The notes under the pieces are model-generated. The model made no database searches, was not told the origin of the DNA, and saw only the letters and a program-made list of their open reading frames with translations. A DNA stretch of 64,000 nt, taken from a virus. Lineage: Duplodnaviria > Caudoviricetes. Within the stretch, counting starts at the first letter, position 1, and every line of letters starts with the position of its first letter. The position numbers were made by a program, and so were the translations under genes. Location of the stretch: the IMG/VR virus record IMGVR_UViG_3300025915_000004, positions 1-64,000 of that record; one strand, 5' to 3'. This document shows positions 36,493 through 45,450 of this stretch, in pieces.

Positions 36493-38409
36493 ATGGCGTG
36501 GGCTGAGATCATCAACGGCAAGCTGACGATCGGGTGCAGCCAGGTGGAGAACCACCTGGCCACCCAGGTTCCCGGCTGCAACTTCGACAAGAGCTCGAAC
36601 ACCTGGCACGCGCCGCTGTCCTGGGCGACCGTCGTCACGGTGCACATGCTGTGGCACGGCCAGGAGCTGGACGTCGGCCCGGACCTGGCGGCATGGTCCA
36701 AGAACGCGTACGAAGACGTCGTATACGCCTGGTCGCTGCGCAGCCAGCTCGGCGACCTGCTCCTCGACGACGCCGAGGCCGCGCTGCTCGACGAATTCGA
36801 CGACAAGAGCGAACCGTTCCCGGACGGCAGGCCGCGTACGCTCTATCCGTTTCAGCGCGCGGGCGCCTACTACCTGTACAACCGCCGGTCCGCGGTCCTC
36901 GGGGACGAGCAGGGCAACGGCAAGACGCCGCAGCTGATCCGCGCGCTGCAACTGGCCGAGGCCCTCGGCCCGGACCCGCTGCCCGCGCTGGTCGTGTGCT
37001 CGGTCGCGGCGATCCGCAACTGGGAGCGCGAGCTGAACCGGTGGGCACCGCAGCTGCGCACGGTGGTGGTCGACGGCACGGCGCTGCGCCGGCGCCAGGC
37101 GATCGAGCGCACCGACGCCGACGTGTGGATCATCGGGTGGCCGAATGTGAAGGCGCACACCCGGCTGGAGGCGTATCCGGGCACCCGGTTCATCCGGTGC
37201 AAGGCGTGCGGCGGTATCGACGAAGGCATCCCCGCGGCGCGCTGCGAAGTCCACCTGAAGGATCTGAACCAGACCGGCCGGCCGTGGCGCACGGTGATCG
37301 CCGACGAGGCGCACCGGATGCAGGACGCGCGCTCCAAGCAGACCCGCGCGCTGTGGTGGCTGCTACACCAGGCCGAATACCGCTGGCTGGCCACCGGGAC
37401 GCCGATCGCCGACAACATCGGCCAGCTCTGGCCGCTGCTGCACGGCTTGGACACCGCCACGGCTCCGTCCCGCAGCCGGTATCTGGACCTGTTCGCCGTC
37501 AAGGAGCACAACTTCCACGGCGGGGTCACCGTGCTGGGCATCCGGCCGGAGACCGCGGAGACGTTCCACTCCTTCGTGCAGCCGATGATCCGGCGCATCC
37601 CGCGCAAGGTCGCGCTGCCGTTCCTGCCCACGCGCCTGGAGCCAGTCTTCCGCTATCCGGCGATGAGCCCGGCCCAGAAGCGAACCTACGACGCGCTGCG
37701 GAAGCAGGCCGTCGTCGAGCTCGAAGGCCAGCTCATCGTTCCGCCGAACACGCTGGTGACCTTCTCCCGGCTGTGCCAGCTGGCATCCGCCATGCTGGAG
37801 GTCGTCGAGGGCGAGGACGCCGAGGGGTTCACCCTGCCTCTGCCGCGCATGACCATGCCGTCCTCGAAGGTCGCCGACCTGCTCGACTTCCTCGAAGACG
37901 AGGAAGGCCAGCTGGTCGTCGCGGCCAACTCCCCGCAGTTGGTGGCACTGGCCGAGAAGGCCCTGGCCGCCAAGAAGATCACACATTGCAAGATCGTCGG
38001 CGGGATGAGCGCGGACGACATGGACCAGGCGGTCACCTGGTTCCAGCGCGGCGACTGCCGCGTCATCTTCATCACCGCGGCCGGGGCGGAGTCGGTCACG
38101 CTCACCGCCGCACACACGATCTTCTTCATGCAGCCGGATCCGTCGTGGCGCTCGCGCGACCAGAAGATCTGCCGCATCGACCGGATCGGGCAAGAAGGCC
38201 ACCCGCAGGGCGGTGTGCGCATCGTCTACTCGATCACCCCCGGCACGGTCGAGGAACGGCTGTTCCAGCTCGGCGAGGAGAAGGGCGAGCGCGCCGCGCA
38301 GGTCACCCAGGACGCGAACCTGCTGCGCTGGCTGATCAAGGGCGAGGAGAGCACCGAGACGCAGGCGGAGCAGCTGACGATCCCGGAGACCGACGATGAG
38401 CAGCAGTGA
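36493..38409 (+). CDS. SNF2-family helicase
   Basis: GDEQGNGKT, IADEAH, LATGTP, GAESVTLT, DQKICRIDRIGQ. Confidence 0.9.
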   Translation: MAWAEIINGKLTIGCSQVENHLATQVPGCNFDKSSNTWHAPLSWATVVTVHMLWHGQELDVGPDLAAWSKNAYEDVVYAWSLRSQLGDLLLDDAEAALLDEFDDKSEPFPDGRPRTLYPFQRAGAYYLYNRRSAVLGDEQGNGKTPQLIRALQLAEALGPDPLPALVVCSVAAIRNWERELNRWAPQLRTVVVDGTALRRRQAIERTDADVWIIGWPNVKAHTRLEAYPGTRFIRCKACGGIDEGIPAARCEVHLKDLNQTGRPWRTVIADEAHRMQDARSKQTRALWWLLHQAEYRWLATGTPIADNIGQLWPLLHGLDTATAPSRSRYLDLFAVKEHNFHGGVTVLGIRPETAETFHSFVQPMIRRIPRKVALPFLPTRLEPVFRYPAMSPAQKRTYDALRKQAVVELEGQLIVPPNTLVTFSRLCQLASAMLEVVEGEDAEGFTLPLPRMTMPSSKVADLLDFLEDEEGQLVVAANSPQLVALAEKALAAKKITHCKIVGGMSADDMDQAVTWFQRGDCRVIFITAAGAESVTLTAAHTIFFMQPDPSWRSRDQKICRIDRIGQEGHPQGGVRIVYSITPGTVEERLFQLGEEKGERAAQVTQDANLLRWLIKGEESTETQAEQLTIPETDDEQQ

Positions 38410-38623
38410 GATGCAGGGCGGTTGGGTTCTGGACATCTCGTTTCCGCGTCCGTACAGCGGTGTTGACGTGCAGGTGTCCGCCAGTGGCTATCTGGTGATC
38501 ACTATTCCGTTTGAAAGTGAAGAGTCGGCGAATGCCGCCCGCAGCGAGATGGAAGTGAGCGTCGTCCCCGGATATCGGGTGATCGCCGGAGAAGTGGTGA
38601 AGGGAGAGCAGGGAAGATGTTGA
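38396..38623 (+). CDS. Hypothetical protein
   Basis: Fills the operon gap. Confidence 0.5.
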   Translation: MSSSEMQGGWVLDISFPRPYSGVDVQVSASGYLVITIPFESEESANAARSEMEVSVVPGYRVIAGEVVKGEQGRC

Positions 38624-39588
38624 TCTCGCAGTCGGAGATCTATGCGTGGACGCGGTGCCGTAGAAACTGGTATCTCACCTACTACCTGGGCTTCGTGCCC
38701 GCCGACGAACCCCCGGTCGGCAACCGCCAGCTCGGCACGCGGGTGCACACCGCGCTGGAGGCGTACTACGGCTACCAGCTCGACCCGGTCGCGGTGCTCG
38801 CGCTGCTGTACCGGATCGAGACCGCCAAGGCACCCGAGTTCGCGGCCGAGCTGTCGGCCGAGGCGAACCTGGCCGAGGCCATGGTCTCCGGCTACCTGGA
38901 GTGGCTGGCCGAAGAGGGGGCGGATGCCGACTTCGAGACGGTGGCCACCGAGACCGACATCCGCGTCGATCTGCCCGGCGTGCCCGGCGTGCAGCTGCGC
39001 GCCCGCATGGACCAGGTGGCCCGGCGCATCTCCGACGGCGCGCTGTTCTTCCGCGACTACAAGACCGGGTCGACGTTCGAGCTCGCCGAGCAGCTGCGGC
39101 TCAACCCGCAGATGAAGTTCTACACGCTGGTTCAGCACCTGGCCTCGCCGCCCGACGGTCCGAAGCTGGCCGGCTTCACGATCGACACGCTGCGCCGGGT
39201 CAAGCGGACCGCCAAGGCCGAGCCGCCGTTCTACCGGCGCGACCCGTTCGTCTACACCCCGGACGAGATCACCGCTACTCTGCGCCGGGTGCAGTCCGTT
39301 GCTTCGGAGATCGTGCAGCACCGCGCGATGCTGGACGACATGTACCGGCGCACCGGCGGCGCGCTGGACGTGGTCGACAGCGTGCAGCAGTCCGTGCTGC
39401 GACCCACGCCGATCCTGTCGGACTGCAAGTGGTGGTGCCCGGTGCGAGAAATCTGCCCGATGATGGATGACGGCAGCGACTGGTCTGGTAGTCTTGTCCG
39501 CAGTGGGAGGTTCCGCCAGGCGGACCCCTACGAGTACTACCGGGACGACGCGCTCCGCACGATCAGGGAAGAGATGGCGAAGATCTGA
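38617..39588 (+). CDS. Cas4/RecB-like PD-(D/E)XK exonuclease
   Basis: SQSE..CRR, GTRVH, ARMD, DYKT, C-terminal CKWWCPVREICP (Fe-S Cys pattern). Confidence 0.85.
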   Translation: MLISQSEIYAWTRCRRNWYLTYYLGFVPADEPPVGNRQLGTRVHTALEAYYGYQLDPVAVLALLYRIETAKAPEFAAELSAEANLAEAMVSGYLEWLAEEGADADFETVATETDIRVDLPGVPGVQLRARMDQVARRISDGALFFRDYKTGSTFELAEQLRLNPQMKFYTLVQHLASPPDGPKLAGFTIDTLRRVKRTAKAEPPFYRRDPFVYTPDEITATLRRVQSVASEIVQHRAMLDDMYRRTGGALDVVDSVQQSVLRPTPILSDCKWWCPVREICPMMDDGSDWSGSLVRSGRFRQADPYEYYRDDALRTIREEMAKI

Positions 39589-39824
39589 TGACTGAACCGA
39601 CAGCGGAATCCGGTTCCAAAGGCTGGCTCGTGGACGCCCTGGAGACCAGTGCCGAACGCCAGCGCCAGCTCTCGGACATCACGCTCCGCATGACCGCCGC
39701 AGAGGCCCGACACAAGCGGGTCCGTGACAGCATGTCGACGGCTCTCGCCGCGGTGTTCACCCTGGCCTTCCTCTTCGGCCTGGTTATGGGCGCCCTCGCG
39801 ATGTGGAACGCGGTCGTCGGATGA
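39588..39824 (+). CDS. Small membrane protein
   Basis: C-terminal TM segment. Confidence 0.55.
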   Translation: MTEPTAESGSKGWLVDALETSAERQRQLSDITLRMTAAEARHKRVRDSMSTALAAVFTLAFLFGLVMGALAMWNAVVG

Positions 39825-40612
39825 CCGTCCAGCCGTACCAGCAGCAACAAGTCGCCCCGGCCTTCAACCAGCAACCGATGCGGCAGCTGCGTCGCAGTGC
39901 TCAGGGCCTGTCGTTCCTGCTGCACGGTCTGCCGAAGGCCGGCAAGTCCAACTTCGCCGACTCCGGCCCGGCGCCGCGCTTCGTGCTCGACGTCGAGGGC
40001 TCCTCCTACTGGACCCCGTCCCGGAAGATCTACTGGGATCCGATGCGCGAGCCGGTGCCGCAGCCGGACGGGAGCTGGGAGACCGCGATCGTGCTCGTGC
40101 GCGAGGCGCGCGTCGTGATGGAGGTTTACCGGGTCCTCAACTCCGGCCAGCACCCCTTCAACTCCGGCGCCATGGACTCCGTCACCGAAGTGCAGCAGCG
40201 GGTCATCGACGATCTGGCCAGGGGCCAGCAGATGGACCGCGACAAGTGGGGTGCGCTGCTGCGCCAGGTCAACACCATGGTCCGGGCATACCGCGACCTG
40301 ATCACACACCCCGTCAAGCCGCTGTGGACGATGACCTTCGTCGCCGGCACGCACCTGAAAGAGGGCCGCTGGCGGCCGTTGGTCCAGGGCCAGGCGCAGG
40401 ACTACCTGCCCTACTACGTGGACGTGCTCGGATACCTGGGCGCGGAGCGGGACGGTACCCGGCTGATGTTCATCGGGCCGCACCCGCAGTACGAGACCGG
40501 TGAGCGCCTGGGAGGGCGTCTGCCGTACACCATGAGGATCGGGGATCCCTCCCACCCCGGCTACACCGCAGAGAGCATGCTCGCGCAGGTTCTCCAGGGA
40601 AGAAGGAGTTAG
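39821..40612 (+). CDS. AAA_24 / Sak4-like ATPase
   Basis: LHGLPKAGKS, LDVEG, MDSVTEVQ, YYVDVLGY; between the exonuclease and SSB genes. Confidence 0.8.
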   Translation: MTVQPYQQQQVAPAFNQQPMRQLRRSAQGLSFLLHGLPKAGKSNFADSGPAPRFVLDVEGSSYWTPSRKIYWDPMREPVPQPDGSWETAIVLVREARVVMEVYRVLNSGQHPFNSGAMDSVTEVQQRVIDDLARGQQMDRDKWGALLRQVNTMVRAYRDLITHPVKPLWTMTFVAGTHLKEGRWRPLVQGQAQDYLPYYVDVLGYLGAERDGTRLMFIGPHPQYETGERLGGRLPYTMRIGDPSHPGYTAESMLAQVLQGRRS

Positions 40613-40614
40613 AC

Positions 40615-41598
40615 GTGGCACAGTACGACTTCGGCACGCTGTACGGCCAGGCGGACAGCTCGATCTTCGTTTACGAGCCCGGTGAGGTGGACGCCGTGGT
40701 CGAGGCGTCCACGTGGGGTCGCACGAAGGACGGCACCAAGGGGCAGTGGGACGTGCGCTTCCGCACGACGACCGGCGCCAACGCCGGCCGCGCGCAGCTC
40801 AAGACGCCGATCACGATCAGCGCGGACAACCCCCAGGCGCTCGGGATCATGTTCCGCCACCTGGCGGCCATGGGCATCCCGGTTCCGGACCCGAACAACC
40901 CGCAGCAACAGCCGTTCTGGGCGCTGGGCTGGAACGAGGAGCAGGTGGCCCAGGCGATGATCGGCAAGCCGGTCCTGCTCAAGATCACCGTCGAGGAATG
41001 GGAGGGCGTCCAGCGCAACAAGGTGCGCGACATCCGGTCGCCGCGCCCCGGCGCCCCGACCACCTGGCCGCAGTTCCAGCAGCCGCAGGCCGCCGCGCCC
41101 GGCTACGGCGCGGCGCCGGGTTATGGACAGCAGCCGCAGTTCCCGCAGCAGCAGCCGCAGGCCTACGGTCAGCCGCAGTTCCCGCAGCCCGGATATCCGG
41201 CCGCCTCCGCGCCCTACGGCGGTCCGCAGCAGCCCGCTGCGGCGCCCGCGCCTTCCGCACCGTGGCAGCAGCCGCAAGGCGCTCCTGCGGTGAACGGTGG
41301 CCAGCCCGGAGGCAACCCGGCCCTGCCGCCGTGGGCTCAGCCGCCGGTTCCCGGCCAGGGCGGCGTCGGCGAGTTCACACAGCAGGGTCAGAGCTACCAG
41401 CCCTCCACCGCGCCGTTCCCCGGAGCGCCGCAGCAGAACGCGCCGCAGCCGCAGTACGCCGCGCCGCAGCCCTTCCAGCAGCAGCCGCAGGCCGCCGCGC
41501 CCGGCGCGATGCCCTGGAACGGACAACAGCCCGGAACCGCCCCGCAGGCCGGTCCCGCCGACCCGCAGGGGGCTCCTCCTCCGCCCTGGGCTCAGTGA
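40615..41598 (+). CDS. ssDNA-binding protein (DUF669-like) with a long Gln/Pro/Ala tail
   Basis: OB-like core ending ITVEEWEGVQRNKVRDI; low-complexity C-half. Confidence 0.7.
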   Translation: MAQYDFGTLYGQADSSIFVYEPGEVDAVVEASTWGRTKDGTKGQWDVRFRTTTGANAGRAQLKTPITISADNPQALGIMFRHLAAMGIPVPDPNNPQQQPFWALGWNEEQVAQAMIGKPVLLKITVEEWEGVQRNKVRDIRSPRPGAPTTWPQFQQPQAAAPGYGAAPGYGQQPQFPQQQPQAYGQPQFPQPGYPAASAPYGGPQQPAAAPAPSAPWQQPQGAPAVNGGQPGGNPALPPWAQPPVPGQGGVGEFTQQGQSYQPSTAPFPGAPQQNAPQPQYAAPQPFQQQPQAAAPGAMPWNGQQPGTAPQAGPADPQGAPPPPWAQ

Positions 41599-41719
41599 TA
41601 CTGGCCCTTGCGCGGGCACAGACCCGGCTGCGCGCGAGCTCCTCTCCTCCCCCGCCGAGGAGCCGCGCAGCCGGGGACGCCCGTCCCTCGCCTCTCCGGT
41701 AGTAGGCGATCGGACGGGC

Positions 41720-41765
41720 GAAGAGGGCCTTTCGTCGCTCTGGAGACGGCGAAAGGCCCTCTTTC
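41720..41765. terminator. Hairpin terminator after SSB
   Basis: AAGAGGGCCTTTCGTCG ... CGGCGAAAGGCCCTCTT. Confidence 0.75.
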
Positions 41766-41801
41766 GCGTTCGGGCTTGTGGGCACCTTCACCGGAATGCT
41801 A

Positions 41802-41814
41802 AGTTGTCATCAGT
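41802..41814 (+). promoter_or_regulatory. 13-bp early-gene motif, copy 3
   Basis: Exact copy in the context TG-C-TAAGTT (extended -10). Confidence 0.8.
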
Positions 41815-41857
41815 AAGGCACCGCACCGAGCGGCCCGAACGAAGGAGATCAGGGAAG

Positions 41858-43102
41858 ATGACCGTCCAGCTCACCGCCCGCAACGCCAGCGCCCAGGAAC
41901 TGCTGAACATCCTCAACTCGCAGAAGGCGCACAAGCTCGACGTCGTTGCGCCGTCCCGCGCGATCTGGAGCCGCAACGGCCAGCTGGTCGTCGGCGGCAC
42001 CGTCGCCGAGATCACCGAGGACGGCGTCACCCCGGTCGCGGGCACCTACAGCCTGACGGAGATCGCCGACCGCGGCCTGGCGGACAAGCTGGGCATCGGC
42101 CAGACGTACTTCCGCCGCATGCGCGAGGCGGGCCGCACCGACCTGATCGACGGCAACGTCAACGGCTGGCTGCACGGAAACAAGGTCGACGGCAACGTCG
42201 TGCACCCGGCCGACGACCGCGCGTTCCTGCTGCGCCTCTTCCGCGGCGACGAAGGGCAGCCGGGCGTGGCCCGCGCGATCCTGTCCGACCGGTTCAACCT
42301 GTCGATGGACAACCTCGACATGCTGATGGCCGTCACGCAGGGCATTCAGGCCGCCGGTGTGCAGCCGGTCGTCAACGTCTCGGACCTGTCCGAGTCCCGG
42401 ATGCGCGTGCGGTTCGAGTTCCCCGACGTGTACGCCCGCGCCGAGGGCCTGCTGGAGGGCTACCGCACCCCGTTCACCGGCACCGACCGCGGCCCGCAGC
42501 GCGCCGGACACCGCGACCTCGCGGCGCTGCGCGCCCAGTACGGCGACCACCACATCTTCAACCGCGGCGAGGAGCCGATCGCGTACATGGGCCTGGACTT
42601 CGACAACTCGGAGACCGGTTCCGGCGCCTACAACCTGACCCCCGTCGTCGTGCTGGTGCGCTGCACGAACGGCTGGACCGACGTACGCCAGGGCATCCGC
42701 AAGGTCCACCTGGGCAAGGTCCTGTCCGAGGGTGTCATCAAGCCGTCCGTCGACACCGTGCGCGCCGCCGGCCAGCTGATCAAGTCGGAGACCACCGACG
42801 CCGTCACGCAGTGGCTGACCACCGACTACCTCGCCGGTCTGATCAAGGGCTTCGAGGAGAAGGCCGCCGTCGAGATCGCCACCCCGACCGAGACCGTCCC
42901 CAAGGTCTGCACGGGCCTCGGCCTGACCGCTGACGAGGCCAAGAGCGTCCTGGACTTCTTCATCCTCTCCGGCCAGCCGACCGCGGGCGGCGTCGCCAAC
43001 GCCATCACCGCCTACGTGCAGACCGTGCAGGACCCGGACCGGGCGTACGAGCTGGAGCGTCTCGCCGTTCCCGCCCTGGAGGCCGTCGCCGCTCGGCGAT
43101 AG
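41858..43102 (+). CDS. DUF932-like protein
   Basis: RAFLLRL, ARAILSDRF..MDN, NSETGSGA, VLVRCTNG; ATCAGGGAAG SD before ATG 41858. Confidence 0.75.
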   Translation: MTVQLTARNASAQELLNILNSQKAHKLDVVAPSRAIWSRNGQLVVGGTVAEITEDGVTPVAGTYSLTEIADRGLADKLGIGQTYFRRMREAGRTDLIDGNVNGWLHGNKVDGNVVHPADDRAFLLRLFRGDEGQPGVARAILSDRFNLSMDNLDMLMAVTQGIQAAGVQPVVNVSDLSESRMRVRFEFPDVYARAEGLLEGYRTPFTGTDRGPQRAGHRDLAALRAQYGDHHIFNRGEEPIAYMGLDFDNSETGSGAYNLTPVVVLVRCTNGWTDVRQGIRKVHLGKVLSEGVIKPSVDTVRAAGQLIKSETTDAVTQWLTTDYLAGLIKGFEEKAAVEIATPTETVPKVCTGLGLTADEAKSVLDFFILSGQPTAGGVANAITAYVQTVQDPDRAYELERLAVPALEAVAARR

Positions 43103-43115
43103 CCTGTAGTTGACC

Positions 43116-43152
43116 GCAGGGCCGTCGTCTCCCCACGGGACGGCGGCCCTGC
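43116..43152. terminator. Hairpin terminator
   Basis: GCAGGGCCGTCGTC ... GACGGCGGCCCTGC. Confidence 0.75.
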
Positions 43153-43174
43153 ATGTACACGAGAGGACGACGCG

Positions 43175-43501
43175 ATGCCACCCGTCGGGAAGCTGTACGA
43201 GATCAGGGACGACCTGGCCGGATTCCAGGCCCTGGCGGACATCCTGACGGACAGGTACGCCATCGATCCGCCGCTGGACCGCCGGCGTATCCGCGACTGG
43301 TGGAACCGCGGCACGCTCAACGCCGCCGGCGAGCACTTCCCGCAGCCGGTGGAGACCACGCACAAGAACGAGGACTCCGGCCGGGCCTACCGGTGGTTCC
43401 GGGTCGCGGAGGTCGACGCCTGGTTCAGCCGCGGCGTGCCGGGGCCGCGAGGATCCGGCTGGAAGTTCTACACCGCGACCGAGAACTCTGCTAAGCTGTA
43501 G
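43175..43501 (+). CDS. MerR/AlpA/Xis-like HTH DNA-binding protein
   Basis: LAGFQALADIL...RIRDWWNRG...FPQPV...RWFRVAEVDAW. Confidence 0.6.
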   Translation: MPPVGKLYEIRDDLAGFQALADILTDRYAIDPPLDRRRIRDWWNRGTLNAAGEHFPQPVETTHKNEDSGRAYRWFRVAEVDAWFSRGVPGPRGSGWKFYTATENSAKL

Positions 43502-43512
43502 TTGTCATCAGT
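43500..43512 (+). promoter_or_regulatory. 13-bp early-gene motif, copy 4
   Basis: Exact copy, after TG-C-TAAGCT and before ATCAGGGAAGA. Confidence 0.8.
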
Positions 43513-43547
43513 TAGACCGCAGGACCGGATCAGGGAAGAAGATCGAG

Positions 43548-44018
43548 ATGACGTATAGCGAGACTGCCCGCAGCATCTGCCAGCCGCGCGACAAGCAGGC
43601 CAAGGCCGCGCCGGTGCGCACCGGCCGCGCCGCGCGGATCCGCGTCGGCACCTACGACAGCCCGGCCCGTCGCCGCGACGTCCTGCTGCGCCTGGCCGAC
43701 CGCGTCAACGCCGCGGCGGGCATGGTGACCGTGGCCGGCGAGCTGCGCGCCCGCGGCGCGAGTGACGACCTGGTGCGCCGCTACGCCAGCCCGGTCGGCC
43801 GCAAGACGGCCGAGGTGGCTCGGGCGACCGGTGTGCGGACCGAACAGACCGCCCTGGCCGTCGCCGGACGCAGGCTTGTCCCGGCGTTCGGATACTCGGC
43901 CGACTGCCGCGAGCTGGTCGAGGGCGTCATCGACGTCTACGAGCTGGCCGACCCGGACTCGCCCGTCAAGGGCCGCAAGGCTCCGCGCATCCACCTCACC
44001 GACCTGATCGGCGGCTGA
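43548..44018 (+). CDS. Hypothetical protein
   Basis: Strong SD and motif upstream. Confidence 0.7.
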   Translation: MTYSETARSICQPRDKQAKAAPVRTGRAARIRVGTYDSPARRRDVLLRLADRVNAAAGMVTVAGELRARGASDDLVRRYASPVGRKTAEVARATGVRTEQTALAVAGRRLVPAFGYSADCRELVEGVIDVYELADPDSPVKGRKAPRIHLTDLIGG

Positions 44019-44019
44019 G

Positions 44020-44217
44020 ATGTACGCCGAGACTCCGGCTGCTCAAAAGCTCAGGTACGCGAAGGCCCGTCATGCGGCTGTCGATAATCTGCGTGCGCAC
44101 GGACTGGTGATCGCACGTCCCTGGAGCCTGTCCGACCTGCACCTGTTCGCGGTCTCGCAGCTGCTGGACAAGCTCGACGCGATCGTCGAGGACGTCTCAC
44201 CGAGTTCAGGGAAGTGA
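44020..44217 (+). CDS. Hypothetical protein
   Basis: Operon spacing of 1 nt on both sides. Confidence 0.5.
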   Translation: MYAETPAAQKLRYAKARHAAVDNLRAHGLVIARPWSLSDLHLFAVSQLLDKLDAIVEDVSPSSGK

Positions 44218-44218
44218 T

Positions 44219-44905
44219 ATGAAGATCGGAATCAAGTTCGCCGCCGTCCTGCTGACGGCCGCTGTCAGCGCGGCATGTGCCTACGGTCCTTCCGGCGGCC
44301 ACCGCAACCCGGCTCCGGCGCCGTCGCAGGCGGCGCCCACGCAGAACAGCGACTGCCGCGGGTACACCTGGGATCCGCCCGGCTGCCCCGACTCCACCGC
44401 CGGCGCGCACCCCTCGGTCGCCGTATCGGCCAATCCGCAGCCGACCAACCCCGGCGTCGGCCAGGTGTCCGGCGACTGCCACTTCAGCATCAAGGCGCCG
44501 TCCGGAGACACCACGGGCGACACGGGACTGCGTCTCAAGAGGATGTCGTCGGTTCTGGTCGAGGTCGTGGGCATCGTGTACGGATGGTGCTCCGACACCG
44601 TCCACGATTTCACCATCGACCTGCACATCTACGCGGCGCCCACCGGCGACGCCAGCGGCGACTTCACCAAGGACCCGAAGGCTTTCGAGGTGAAAAGCAG
44701 GACTGGAGTCCGCACGCCGGTCCCCGGACCCGTCCCGGTCCCGTACGCCATCACCGCGCAGTGCCTGCCCGGCCTGGAGTACCAGCTGGTCTGGTTCGTC
44801 ACGGCGTACGACTCGGCGAACAACCTGATCGGCAGCCGGTCCCATCCGTACGGCGGCCGGGTAGCCGAGTTCACCGCCGAGCAGTGCGGCGTGCAGAGCC
44901 GCTAG
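44219..44905 (+). CDS. Putative lipoprotein
   Basis: MKIGIKFAAVLLTAAVSAA-C signal with lipobox-like Cys. Confidence 0.6.
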   Translation: MKIGIKFAAVLLTAAVSAACAYGPSGGHRNPAPAPSQAAPTQNSDCRGYTWDPPGCPDSTAGAHPSVAVSANPQPTNPGVGQVSGDCHFSIKAPSGDTTGDTGLRLKRMSSVLVEVVGIVYGWCSDTVHDFTIDLHIYAAPTGDASGDFTKDPKAFEVKSRTGVRTPVPGPVPVPYAITAQCLPGLEYQLVWFVTAYDSANNLIGSRSHPYGGRVAEFTAEQCGVQSR

Positions 44906-44918
44906 GACGTCCAGAGCG

Positions 44919-44958
44919 GAACCGGGTGGCGGCCTTCCTCCTGCCACCCGGTTCTTTT
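44919..44958 (+). terminator. Intrinsic terminator at the convergence of the two arms
   Basis: GAACCGGGTGGC ... GCCACCCGGTTC followed by TTTT. Confidence 0.85.
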
Positions 44959-45199
44959 ACGCCTTGCGCACGTAGCCGTGGCTGACCAGCTCGGATGCGT
45001 TGACCGAGGAGAGGCGCACCCTGTCGCCGACCATGCGCTGCTCGCCTTCGATCGCGATCGGCCGGATCACCTCGTACTCGGCGTCCGTCTCCACGCCTTC
45101 CTCGGCGTTCTCCTCAGCGGCCGTCTTAGCCGACGAAGCCCGCTCGGCGGCGGTGCGCCTCTTGTCCGGGGATGCTGTCGTCTTCTTCGCTGCGGTCAT
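44957..45199 (-). CDS. Small hypothetical protein
   Basis: AGGGAGG SD; YEV...GDRV.L...A.ELV..G.V pattern. Confidence 0.6.
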   Translation of the reverse strand: MTAAKKTTASPDKRRTAAERASSAKTAAEENAEEGVETDAEYEVIRPIAIEGEQRMVGDRVRLSSVNASELVSHGYVRKA

Positions 45200-45450
45200 C
45201 GGAACCTCCCTGTGCGCTTACCGGCAGGCAGCCGGTAAGCGGATCGGCGCGTGGATCGAGTGCAGGCGGTCTCTCGGCTACCCCGGCCGACGCCGGTACG
45301 TCGCGGCCGAGCAGCGCGAGCACGTGGCGCACCTCGACGTGCCGCACCCCAGAGGCGAGCAACGTCTCCATGGCCGCCGCAGTACGGTCGATCAACTGGC
45401 TGCTCTCTCGCCTGCTCATACCGGCCATGCTAGCCGCCGTCTACGCATTG

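Noticed and set aside
38617-39588. Cas4-like gene as a sign of CRISPR
   Set aside because: No array or other cas genes; it sits in the usual exonuclease-Sak4-SSB recombination module.
41040-41598. Repeated CAGCCGCAG units in the SSB tail
   Set aside because: In-frame repeats that simply encode a Gln/Pro-rich disordered tail.
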